A stretch of DNA of 64,000 nt from a virus (lineage: Duplodnaviria > Caudoviricetes): positions 32,001-96,000 of IMG/VR virus record IMGVR_UViG_3300014205_000002, one strand, 5' to 3'. This document shows positions 56,622 through 64,000 of this stretch, piece after piece. How positions within the stretch are numbered: the first letter of the stretch is position 1; each line of letters begins with the position of its first letter. Below the pieces are notes generated by a model, which was not told the origin of the DNA, searched no databases, and saw only the letters and a list, made by a program, of their open reading frames with translations. Both the position numbers and the translations under genes were made by a program.

Positions 56622-57066
56622 ACCGATCCTGCAATACCACTTCAACGTGATTCGCCAGTACAACAGCACGACGCGGGGCGAGCGCGTCAATATGGGCATC
56701 CAGGTGAAGGACATCAAGAGCGGGCGCTGCCTTCAAATGGTCCGCACCGACGCGGAGTGCATGATCGGCATCGCGCCAGACATGACGGTTGAGCAGGCTC
56801 AGGCCATCATGCCATTCTTTGGCGGTGACCACGAATGGCAGGAGGATCCAGGCCCGTTCAAGTGCTGGACGCGCAAGGACAACAGCTTCGCCACCGCCAT
56901 GTCGTGCAACCAGATAGAGAAGGGCGGAGGTGGTATCGGCGGCAAGAGGTGCGGAGTCATGGAGAACACGCTGGAGCCAAAACTGGAGCGCCTGTTTCAT
57001 GACTACTGCACGCCCTACCGCTACAACAAGGACACCGCCGAATACCCGGGCGAAGACGGGGCTTGA
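56614..57066 (+). CDS. Hypothetical protein
   Basis: 150 aa; GGAGG RBS; N-terminal YHFNVIRQYNSTTRGERVNMGI. Confidence 0.6.
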   Translation: MSEPILQYHFNVIRQYNSTTRGERVNMGIQVKDIKSGRCLQMVRTDAECMIGIAPDMTVEQAQAIMPFFGGDHEWQEDPGPFKCWTRKDNSFATAMSCNQIEKGGGGIGGKRCGVMENTLEPKLERLFHDYCTPYRYNKDTAEYPGEDGA

Positions 57067-57067
57067 A

Positions 57068-57286
57068 GTGAAGTTGAATGACGACGGCAAGGAGAAGCAG
57101 GTTCCTGTACCGCACCACTGCTCCCAACACGGCGCGGCCCACATGAATGACTGGTGTAGCGTTAGCGACCGGCACAAGACGGCGCTCAGCGCCGTGACCG
57201 AGAAGGAAGCCGTGGCCGAGTGCAGGGCACGGGGCCTTTGGCTCTACGCCGACTCTTCGCGCACAAGCGGAGGCACCGATGCGTAG
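57068..57286 (+). CDS. Small hypothetical protein
   Basis: Fills the gap between neighbours; start uncertain. Confidence 0.4.
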   Translation: MKLNDDGKEKQVPVPHHCSQHGAAHMNDWCSVSDRHKTALSAVTEKEAVAECRARGLWLYADSSRTSGGTDA

Positions 57287-57560
57287 CGCCGCCTACTGTC
57301 GCGCGCAGCTCAAGGCCGCACAGGCCGATCGCAAGGCTGCCAACACGGCAGTCAGGTATTGGCTGAACGAGCTTCGGGCGGCGCATCTCCTGGAGGGCGA
57401 CCGGGAGGCCGCGCGCGAAGCCGGGGTGGATCCGCCGCCCCCGCTGCCGCCCGCACGCTGCGAGTGCCCCAAGGTATTCTCTACGACGGACGGAACCTGC
57501 GATTCATGCGGGTGCGAGGTATGCGAGCTCGTGTTGTCGCGCGACGGCGGTGAAGAATGA
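57279..57560 (+). CDS. Cys-rich hypothetical protein
   Basis: 93 aa; GGAGG RBS. Confidence 0.55.
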   Translation: MRSAAYCRAQLKAAQADRKAANTAVRYWLNELRAAHLLEGDREAAREAGVDPPPPLPPARCECPKVFSTTDGTCDSCGCEVCELVLSRDGGEE

Positions 57561-57763
57561 CCGTGAAGTGGATCGCCAAAAACGCGGGGCCTGTCGTCCG
57601 ATGCGGCGACACTCATGATGTGACGCTGATTCAGGCTAAATGCTTCTGCCACAACATGGCCGGCTGTGTCGAGCACGGCATGCTGTTTATACAGGAGAGT
57701 GGCGAGAAGTCCTGGTACGAGGGTGGTGTCGGTCCCTCGCTCAAGCCCGATGATTCTCAATAA
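57557..57763 (+). CDS. Small hypothetical protein
   Basis: 68 aa; ATGA overlap; stop lies inside site S1. Confidence 0.5.
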   Translation: MTVKWIAKNAGPVVRCGDTHDVTLIQAKCFCHNMAGCVEHGMLFIQESGEKSWYEGGVGPSLKPDDSQ

Positions 57764-57790
57764 GGTTTTGCTTACATTGAAAGGAGCACC

Positions 57791-57937
57791 ATGACGGTCG
57801 AGCAGCTTATCAAGCTCCTGCAAGAGGCCAAACAGACGGCCGAGGTCCGCATCGGTGGTAAGAGCCGCAAGGCGATCGGAAAGAGGATTGGAGGCGTCTG
57901 GCATGGGTCCTGCTACATCGAGATCCTGCCCGAGTAG
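57791..57937 (+). CDS. 48-aa hypothetical protein (cassette)
   Basis: MTVEQLIKLLQEAKQTAEVRI...; AAAGGAG RBS; below the ORF-track cut-off. Confidence 0.6.
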   Translation: MTVEQLIKLLQEAKQTAEVRIGGKSRKAIGKRIGGVWHGSCYIEILPE

Positions 57938-57973
57938 CGATAGGCGTTTACTTCCATTGAAAGGAGGTCCACG

Positions 57974-58339
57974 GTGACCAATTACCTAGTCCGCAATACC
58001 GAGACCGGCGCGTTCTATCCTGTGGTTAACGTCCAACTCGAAATGGACGCCTACACCGCGGTCGTCGAAGCGTTCGACATCCCGCAGTCGGTCGCAGACG
58101 CCCCTCTCGAAATTATGAACCAGGCGTGGGTTTGCCCCGGCGAGTACGCCACCAAGAGCATCCGTAGCGCCAAAGAGGAACTCTGGCAGGCGATGGGGCC
58201 TGACGCCACCGAGGCCGAGCGTGACGCCGTATGGGAGGCTGATGTCGTCCACGATCCGGACGCGGACGCCTACTACGTGGTCGACCTCGTCAAGGCGATC
58301 GAGCGAGTGACGGACAACAAATCGGAGAATCGGAAGTAG
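57974..58339 (+). CDS. Hypothetical protein (cassette)
   Basis: 121 aa; AAAGGAGG RBS. Confidence 0.65.
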   Translation: MTNYLVRNTETGAFYPVVNVQLEMDAYTAVVEAFDIPQSVADAPLEIMNQAWVCPGEYATKSIRSAKEELWQAMGPDATEAERDAVWEADVVHDPDADAYYVVDLVKAIERVTDNKSENRK

Positions 58340-58374
58340 TCAATACTCGTTTACTTACATTGAAAGGAGCCACG

Positions 58375-58581
58375 ATGGCACGCCCACCAGGACCTCGCAA
58401 GCCCCGCCGTGACTTCGACGCCGAGCCGCAATACTGCGGCAGCGGCATCACGCCTGAACAGGCGAAGGCGATTCTGTCGCTCTGCAAGGCGCTGGAATAC
58501 TGCGCGGCCCTGGGTCACGACGACGTGGCGCTCAACGCCCTGGAAGCCGACGCCGCCAAGCACGGGCCACCTACAAAGTAG
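58375..58581 (+). CDS. Hypothetical protein (cassette)
   Basis: 68 aa; AAAGGAG RBS. Confidence 0.6.
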   Translation: MARPPGPRKPRRDFDAEPQYCGSGITPEQAKAILSLCKALEYCAALGHDDVALNALEADAAKHGPPTK

Positions 58582-58600
58582 TCCTTCTTATCGAGAGCAT

Positions 58601-58810
58601 ATGAGGCCACGAATGGAACAACTACACCAGGCTAAATTCCGCGTTGTCTGCACATTGCCGTATGACAACGAAAGGCATGTAGCGTGCCTGACTCCTATTA
58701 ATGGACCCGGCGTAGATCTTCAACTCTACGTTGACACGCCAACATGCGTGCGGTTAAAGCAGGCGTACGACAGCGGTGAGATTGTAACGTTAACGCTAAG
58801 TTCCGGATAA
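58601..58810 (+). CDS. AT-richer hypothetical protein (cassette)
   Basis: 69 aa from ATG 58601 (or 58613); flanked by sites with identical TCCTTC cores. Confidence 0.55.
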   Translation: MRPRMEQLHQAKFRVVCTLPYDNERHVACLTPINGPGVDLQLYVDTPTCVRLKQAYDSGEIVTLTLSSG

Positions 58811-58838
58811 TCCTTCGAATATTGAAAATGAGGTCCTT

Positions 58839-59012
58839 ATGGACGCCTACCACATAGACGGAGAACCATTGCTGCTTGCCACGGTGCAACACGGTGATGG
58901 GCGCACAGAGGAAGTGTGTCTAATGTCCGATGGCACACAGGCCACTAACCCCGTTCGCAGGCTCGGAGGCGGCAACCGGGCACAGCGCAGGGCCGCCAAG
59001 AAGTCAAAGTAA
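58839..59012 (+). CDS. 57-aa hypothetical protein (cassette)
   Basis: MDAYHIDGEPLLL...NRAQRRAAKKSK; GAGG RBS; stop inside site S6. Confidence 0.55.
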   Translation: MDAYHIDGEPLLLATVQHGDGRTEEVCLMSDGTQATNPVRRLGGGNRAQRRAAKKSK

Positions 59013-59037
59013 TCACTATTTCATTGAAAGGAGCGTC

Positions 59038-59244
59038 ATGTACGACGTACAAGTTTGCATCAACGGCTGGGTCACGAACCTGCCGACCAACGTCCCCTGG
59101 ACCGTAGGACAGGAGATCAGCATCCGCGTCGGCGCAGACGAATGGGTCGGCGAAGTCATGGCCTGCAAGTCCACCCTGGACGACCCGAACGAAGGGCCTG
59201 TGACCTCGCCTGGCTACGACCACGCGGCGGGTTACCATGACTGA
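59038..59244 (+). CDS. Hypothetical protein (cassette)
   Basis: 68 aa; AAAGGAG RBS. Confidence 0.55.
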   Translation: MYDVQVCINGWVTNLPTNVPWTVGQEISIRVGADEWVGEVMACKSTLDDPNEGPVTSPGYDHAAGYHD

Positions 59245-59605
59245 GCAGATGGCTGACAGCCCAAGAGGGGCAGCTCACGTCGCAGCTCTCAAAGCAATCA
59301 GCCGGTTCGCCGCTGCTGGCCTGGCAGCCGTCCACGGCGAGCATGTGCCGATCGCCATCACCCAAGGCGCGCTCGACTCCATCTTGCAAGCCGCGATCGA
59401 CGTTGCCGGCGACAGCGCCGTAGACGACGCGCGGGCATCCCTGCGCGACCACTACAACGGCGAGCCAGGTCGATGGCCGGTTGGGGCACCCTTGGAGTGG
59501 CGACGGCCTGAGCCAGAGCCGAAAGAGGAGTGCCAGCACCGGGACACCTACTCGTCCTCGCCGAGCGGCTTCACTGTCTGTCGAGACTGCAATCAGGAGC
59601 TTTAG
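59237..59605 (+). CDS. Hypothetical protein with C-terminal CxH/CxxC motif
   Basis: 122 aa; overlaps upstream stop. Confidence 0.55.
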   Translation: MTEQMADSPRGAAHVAALKAISRFAAAGLAAVHGEHVPIAITQGALDSILQAAIDVAGDSAVDDARASLRDHYNGEPGRWPVGAPLEWRRPEPEPKEECQHRDTYSSSPSGFTVCRDCNQEL

Positions 59606-59645
59606 GCTCAATGTAACCAATATTACATAACGAAAGGAGGGCCCT

Positions 59646-60143
59646 GTGACCTGGTTGAAGTTCGGTACCGTGAAGGGCGGCAAGACACACCGCCACATTG
59701 GTGGCGGCAATGCGCTCTGTGACCCCACTATTCAGTTTGAGGTGACGGGCAACCTCGGCGAGGTCTCGTGCAAGCATTGCCTGCGCAAGATGGCTGACGA
59801 GTCCTTGGCGGTGCCGGCCGTCCGCACGTTCTTCACTTATCAACAGGGCCTCGACTACGCAGTCCATACGGTGACGTTCCCGGCGGAATGGGTGCGGCCT
59901 GCCCGCGGCACCTGGTTCAAGAGCCTTGAAGGGCGTATGGTCGCCTGGCACAACTTCTACGACACGCCGGAGGAGGCGCACGCGGCAGCGGACCTGGCGA
60001 AGTTGCGCAGCCACCTGGCAGCCTTTCACAGCCGTACGAGGGACGACGCCTACGGCAGGGAGATGGTCCAGGAGATGACGGAGCTGGTCGAGAAGATCAT
60101 CGCCATCGCCTACCCGAAGCCAGCCGCCGCACCCGCAATATAA
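59646..60143 (+). CDS. Hypothetical protein (cassette)
   Basis: 165 aa; H..C..CxxC N-terminus; stop inside site S8. Confidence 0.65.
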   Translation: MTWLKFGTVKGGKTHRHIGGGNALCDPTIQFEVTGNLGEVSCKHCLRKMADESLAVPAVRTFFTYQQGLDYAVHTVTFPAEWVRPARGTWFKSLEGRMVAWHNFYDTPEEAHAAADLAKLRSHLAAFHSRTRDDAYGREMVQEMTELVEKIIAIAYPKPAAAPAI

Positions 60144-60173
60144 CAACCATTTCATTGAAGAAAGGAGGGCTAC

Positions 60174-60353
60174 GTGCCCAAGTTCATCGTGGTGACCACG
60201 GTCATCGAGCGGCGAGAGATTGAGGCGGCAACGCCCGACGAGGCTTTTGAGTTAAACAACAACGCAGAAGGCAACGACTACAGTCTTTCCGTTGAGGTCC
60301 CTGACCGCTATGCCACGGACGGGAGTGGTCGGCAGTTCCGCGAAGCACTGTAA
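60174..60353 (+). CDS. 59-aa hypothetical protein (cassette)
   Basis: MPKFIVVTTVIERREIEAATPDEAFEL...; AAAGGAGG RBS. Confidence 0.6.
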   Translation: MPKFIVVTTVIERREIEAATPDEAFELNNNAEGNDYSLSVEVPDRYATDGSGRQFREAL

Positions 60354-60388
60354 TCAAAGTAACACCAACATCATTGAGAGGCCCCAAC

Positions 60389-60712
60389 ATGGACCCTAGC
60401 GCACAGATCCAGGTTGACAAACTGCGACCTAAAATGATCGAAGCATTTTGCGTCAATTTCAATAAAAGTGAAGAAGAAGTAACTACGGCTATGAAAAGCG
60501 TGGGACATAAGTTCTTCATTGTAATATCAACTCGCCAACATGAATCATACGGATTGATGGCAACATTTATGGTTCCAGCCATCCGCAATAACCAACCAGA
60601 CTTTTCGGTCGAGGAGGCGCTAGTTGACGACGACTATATAGATTACTCGATTCGAGTTATTATCCAGTCAATCGAATCCGTCAACAATACGACCATCAGG
60701 CTTTCGCTATAA
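60389..60712 (+). CDS. AT-rich hypothetical protein (cassette, likely recent acquisition)
   Basis: 107 aa; visibly lower GC than the rest of the window. Confidence 0.6.
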   Translation: MDPSAQIQVDKLRPKMIEAFCVNFNKSEEEVTTAMKSVGHKFFIVISTRQHESYGLMATFMVPAIRNNQPDFSVEEALVDDDYIDYSIRVIIQSIESVNNTTIRLSL

Positions 60713-60796
60713 CTCCAAAACCCTTAAAAATAGCACGTAATATACTGACCAGATACCTAGACAACGACGGCGGCACGACCGCCAGGAGGATACCCA

Positions 60797-61165
60797 TTGA
60801 AGCAAGAACGCAAAGAGGCGCTGAGGAAGCTCGGCAAGGCCGCAGAGCGGTTCCGGCTGCTCGCGGCGGTGCCGATGCAACGCACCATCCGCCCCGGCGG
60901 CATCATCGTCCAGGCCGCCGAGGACGTGAACCTGTTTCTGCTGGCCGAGGGCATCGGCCTGGCGGGCGGCGACGGCCTGTTGCTGCTCACCGAGTTGGCG
61001 GCCACGCGGAAGGCGCTGGCGGATCTACTGGAGCACCACGAGGACGAGCCCGATCGGCCAGCCGTCAAGAACGCCAGCGCGATGCTGGAAGGAATCCACG
61101 AACACGTGGCGCTGATGCGGGACTTCGGCCCTGCCTCCGCTAAACAGAGCGAAGGCGGGCTGTGA
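60797..61165 (+). CDS. Hypothetical protein
   Basis: TTG start; AGGAGG RBS; 122 aa. Confidence 0.6.
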   Translation: MKQERKEALRKLGKAAERFRLLAAVPMQRTIRPGGIIVQAAEDVNLFLLAEGIGLAGGDGLLLLTELAATRKALADLLEHHEDEPDRPAVKNASAMLEGIHEHVALMRDFGPASAKQSEGGL

Positions 61166-61404
61166 TGCGGCGAGAGATTCCCATTACCCAGGGACCCAAC
61201 CGCACCGTGGCGATGACCCAACACGGCGACACGTTGAGTCTCTATGAGCGTGCGGACGGCCGGGAAAACCGGGTGTTTATTGCGCCCGAGGAGTTGGCAC
61301 TGGTTGCGCTCTCCGCGTCGGGACGCTTCCAGGAACGCTACTCCGCGGAGATTGAGCGGTTGCAGGGCCAGGCCGACTCACCGGGCGAAGGCGGCGGCGC
61401 ATGA
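61162..61404 (+). CDS. Hypothetical protein
   Basis: 80 aa; GTGA overlap. Confidence 0.5.
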   Translation: MMRREIPITQGPNRTVAMTQHGDTLSLYERADGRENRVFIAPEELALVALSASGRFQERYSAEIERLQGQADSPGEGGGA

Positions 61405-61607
61405 CGAGCGTTTATCCCATCGGGCCGCTCGGCGAACCCGAAGATAGTCGGGCGTGGTCGAACGGCATTCCGCCGTGCGGTCCCTGTGGACGCGGGGAGC
61501 ACGATGAGTGCAAGGGTGGATTCGAGGACCTGGCCGGATACCGTCAGTGCTGGTGCCCTGTTTGCTACCCCGCCTCTTCGCGCAAAGACGGCGATCAGCA
61601 CGGATAG
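61401..61607 (+). CDS. Small Cys-rich protein
   Basis: CGPC..GEHDEC...CWCPVC. Confidence 0.55.
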   Translation: MTSVYPIGPLGEPEDSRAWSNGIPPCGPCGRGEHDECKGGFEDLAGYRQCWCPVCYPASSRKDGDQHG

Positions 61608-61645
61608 TCAATGTAACAGCCGATTCATTGCAAAAAGGAGTCCTG

Positions 61646-61993
61646 ATGACTTGCTGCCATTGTTCAAGCGCCAACTTGGAATACGCCACGAAGCGCGCCC
61701 GCGAGGCTGAAGTTGAACTGGCTCGACTCCAGGCAGACGTCGCACGCATCCGCGGCGAGAACCAGAACCTCCACTACGCCATGCTCGTCGTCCGAGATCT
61801 GGTTGGCTTACAGACGCGGGATGCCTACCTTGACCCGGCCTTTGGGCAGATGGTGAAGCTCCCGGCTGACTGGCGAAAGTGGACGACCGAGCAGTATCAG
61901 GAATGGATCGATGGGCAGCAGCCAGAACTGCGCCGGGCCGTCGAGTTCCTGGACAAGATGGAGGGCGTCGTTGGCGTCGTCCCAGCAATATAA
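61646..61993 (+). CDS. Hypothetical protein (cassette)
   Basis: 115 aa; AAAGGAG RBS; stop inside site S12. Confidence 0.6.
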   Translation: MTCCHCSSANLEYATKRAREAEVELARLQADVARIRGENQNLHYAMLVVRDLVGLQTRDAYLDPAFGQMVKLPADWRKWTTEQYQEWIDGQQPELRRAVEFLDKMEGVVGVVPAI

Positions 61994-62020
61994 CCCCTGA
62001 CTCATTGAAAGGATGGCATT

Positions 62021-62497
62021 TTGCCCAACAAGACGGAACCTGAAATTGGCATGTTGGTCACCAAATGGAAGCACCAATACACGGTCGCCAGCGTGAAGGT
62101 TGGCCTGATCGCCGGGCCTCACGTCCGACTCTCTGGCGATGGCCCAGATGCGGACGGAAGCCTGGTCGCATGGTCGCTCTGCACGCCTGTCGTTACCGAC
62201 CTAAAAGAGGGAAACATGCAGATACTCAAAACCGGCGACAAGGTTCGTCCTCTTAGAGAGTTCGACCTCAGCACCTCGGCCACTCGCAAGATCGTTCCGG
62301 CCGGCACGCCCGGCGTGGTCATCGAGGATCTGAACGAGGTCGTGGCGAAGGAGAACCAGCGACCCGAGATCTACGGGCCGCCCAGCCACCGTCACAAGGA
62401 CCTCGCCCTGGTCCGCTTTGAGGGCCACGACGCCCAGGGGTGGCTGCGGTACGCCGACATCGAGTTGATCGAGGCTGCGGAAGAGGGGTCGACATGA
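62021..62497 (+). CDS. Hypothetical protein (possible internal start near 62216)
   Basis: TTG start after AAAGGA; second RBS before MQILKTGDKVR. Confidence 0.55.
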   Translation: MPNKTEPEIGMLVTKWKHQYTVASVKVGLIAGPHVRLSGDGPDADGSLVAWSLCTPVVTDLKEGNMQILKTGDKVRPLREFDLSTSATRKIVPAGTPGVVIEDLNEVVAKENQRPEIYGPPSHRHKDLALVRFEGHDAQGWLRYADIELIEAAEEGST

Positions 62498-62781
62498 CCA
62501 AAAACACCGTCAGGCACAACTCAGTCGAGGTTGTCGTCACCCACCCTGGCAAGAAGCCCATCAGCGACGAGCAGGCGCTGGAGTTGGTCAAGTTCGCCGA
62601 AGTGGAGGGTCGTCGCTGGAAGTCGGCGCTGAGTGGCTTGTGGATGCGCGCGGCGGCGAACCCGCTGCTTCATCAGCTGAGAAACTCACATGGTCCGACT
62701 TGGTTGCAAGGCGTCCGAATCAATGCGTCCGGCGAGGGGTCTTTTGGTGTTCCTGCCGATCGCGGACTGCCTCCCGATTGA
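62494..62781 (+). CDS. Hypothetical protein
   Basis: 95 aa; GRRWKSAL...LHQLRNSHGPTWL; ATGA overlap. Confidence 0.55.
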   Translation: MTKNTVRHNSVEVVVTHPGKKPISDEQALELVKFAEVEGRRWKSALSGLWMRAAANPLLHQLRNSHGPTWLQGVRINASGEGSFGVPADRGLPPD

Positions 62782-63200
62782 TGACGTCACATGACGACAC
62801 CCTGGCGCGGGTCGGCCTGGCGGTGCCGGGCCTACTCGCCATGGTGCGGCCGCTGGAGAAGATCCAGCAGTATGCAACGGAGCTGGCGGCCGCGCTGGAG
62901 TCTGACGGCCAGGGCGCTAGCCTGCGCGGTGAGGCCAAATACGCCTACAGCATGCTACGGGCAGCGCTGGACGCCGCCGACCCACAAAGGAGCAAGGACT
63001 TGAATAAGCTGTTTACGATCACGGATCCCGCCACCGGCGCGGTGGTGCATGGCCTTGAGGGCCTGCCGCGCGACCATGCGCAGATGATGATGATCGAGAG
63101 CATGGCGAAGCCGCTCGACGAGCTGGAAGTCGGTGAGATCACGACCTGCCGCTTTGCATCCAGCGATCGCGGCACCTACAACGTCTTTCGCGCCCAGTAA
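62781..63200 (+). CDS. Hypothetical protein
   Basis: TGATG overlap; 139 aa. Confidence 0.55.
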   Translation: MTSHDDTLARVGLAVPGLLAMVRPLEKIQQYATELAAALESDGQGASLRGEAKYAYSMLRAALDAADPQRSKDLNKLFTITDPATGAVVHGLEGLPRDHAQMMMIESMAKPLDELEVGEITTCRFASSDRGTYNVFRAQ

Positions 63201-63213
63201 GGAGGGGTCTGAA

Positions 63214-63837
63214 ATGCCCATCTATCCCCCGAACAGGCAGAAGTGGCAGGTCGACGACCTGGTGCTGGCAGACGCCGACGCCAAGGACATATTCATGCTC
63301 ATGGTCGTGGTCAGCGACCAACTCACCCGTGAAGAGGAGCAGCAGGATCTGATCGCGCTGCGCTACCTCGTGCCACGACGCAATTACGGCACCGAGCGGA
63401 TCTACAAGGGCCACTACAGCCACTACCATGATCCGCGCATCTGGCTGAACATGGCCGCCGTCAACCTGCACGAACTCGCGGAGAAACCGAAGCCCAGCCG
63501 CAACCCCCTCGGGGTGCGTGACCTCGACTCGATGGGTATCGTCGGAGAGTACGGCGTCATCCTGCCAGACTTCGCCAACAGCTGGCTCGTGAAGCCTCAG
63601 GCCGCAGCCGTCTTCGACGCCGTCGCCGCCATGCGGGATCGCGCCCATCGGCATGCGGCCTTCCATGTTCCGGGCGACGAGGCGATCGCCATCGAGAACC
63701 AGTTCGCCCAGAGCGCCCCGTGCCGCTGCACGTTCTGGCACGACCCCGCTACCTGTGCGTGGCCGGTCGTGGCGATCGCCGAGGCCTTCTGTCGTTACAT
63801 CGACGCGCACGACCTGGTCGCGCGCGTCAAAGCCTGA
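63214..63837 (+). CDS. Hypothetical protein
   Basis: AAGGAGG RBS; 207 aa. Confidence 0.6.
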   Translation: MPIYPPNRQKWQVDDLVLADADAKDIFMLMVVVSDQLTREEEQQDLIALRYLVPRRNYGTERIYKGHYSHYHDPRIWLNMAAVNLHELAEKPKPSRNPLGVRDLDSMGIVGEYGVILPDFANSWLVKPQAAAVFDAVAAMRDRAHRHAAFHVPGDEAIAIENQFAQSAPCRCTFWHDPATCAWPVVAIAEAFCRYIDAHDLVARVKA

Positions 63838-63849
63838 GGAAAAGGATCC

Positions 63850-64000
63850 ATGAACAAAAAGACCAAGACCACAGGCGACCTCGATCGCCCGGTGATCATC
63901 TACATCTACAAGGGCGGCGCGATCGATTTCAAGCACAAGCATGACAACGCCAAGAATCTGGACGGTGCGCTGCCCATCTTCTCGGTGGACAGCGAGGCGG
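63850..64000 (+). CDS. Hypothetical protein, partial
   Basis: AAAGGA RBS; MNKKTKTTGDLDRPVIIY... runs off the right edge. Confidence 0.5.
   Translation, partial: MNKKTKTTGDLDRPVIIYIYKGGAIDFKHKHDNAKNLDGALPIFSVDSEA

Larger units (their letters stand above)
57757..62008. repeat. Array of about 12 intergenic 24-bp imperfect palindromes (TCAATGTAA-N6-TTACATTGA) delimiting small genes
   Basis: Copies start at 57757, 57937, 58340, 58573, 58802, 59004, 59608, 60135, 60354, 60704 (weak), 61608 and 61985; constant 9-6-9 register. Confidence 0.8.

Noticed and set aside
57757-62008. CRISPR array
   Set aside because: Repeats are degenerate and separated by whole genes (about 180-900 bp), not uniform short spacers; no cas genes in the window
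57757-62008. Classical integron with attC sites
   Set aside because: Elements are only 24 bp, lack the RYYYAAC...GTTRRRY ends and the long attC hairpin, and no intI is present
1-64000. tRNA/rRNA genes, IS elements, integrase, stop-codon reassignment
   Set aside because: None recognised by eye; genes read through cleanly in the standard bacterial code. A tRNA/Rfam scan was not possible

Overview
A 64-kb segment of a large, high-GC tailed dsDNA phage with a contractile tail; the host cannot be assigned from this window. About 1-49.3 kb is the virion/late region, spread over several divergent operons: tail-fibre-like genes, amidase endolysin, SNase-family nuclease, Endo VII-type homing endonuclease, terminase large subunit, head cluster with prohead protease and major capsid protein, neck genes, two tail tubes, sheath, a sigma-70-family factor, baseplate genes, N6-adenine MTase, PhoH and portal. 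Late operons are headed by a recurring CTATAATA motif. About 49.4-64 kb is a + strand run of small, mostly unknown genes with one XRE regulator. The main observation is at 57.7-62.0 kb, where small genes are separated by about 12 copies of a 24-bp imperfect palindrome (consensus TCAATGTAA-N6-TTACATTGA) with the geometry of a tyrosine-recombinase (dif-like) site. Three genes are flanked by sites with identical or near-identical 6-bp cores, suggesting a site-specific gene-cassette array in a phage. No recombinase gene lies in the window, so the mechanism is inferred. All protein calls come from motifs read by eye, not from database searches.
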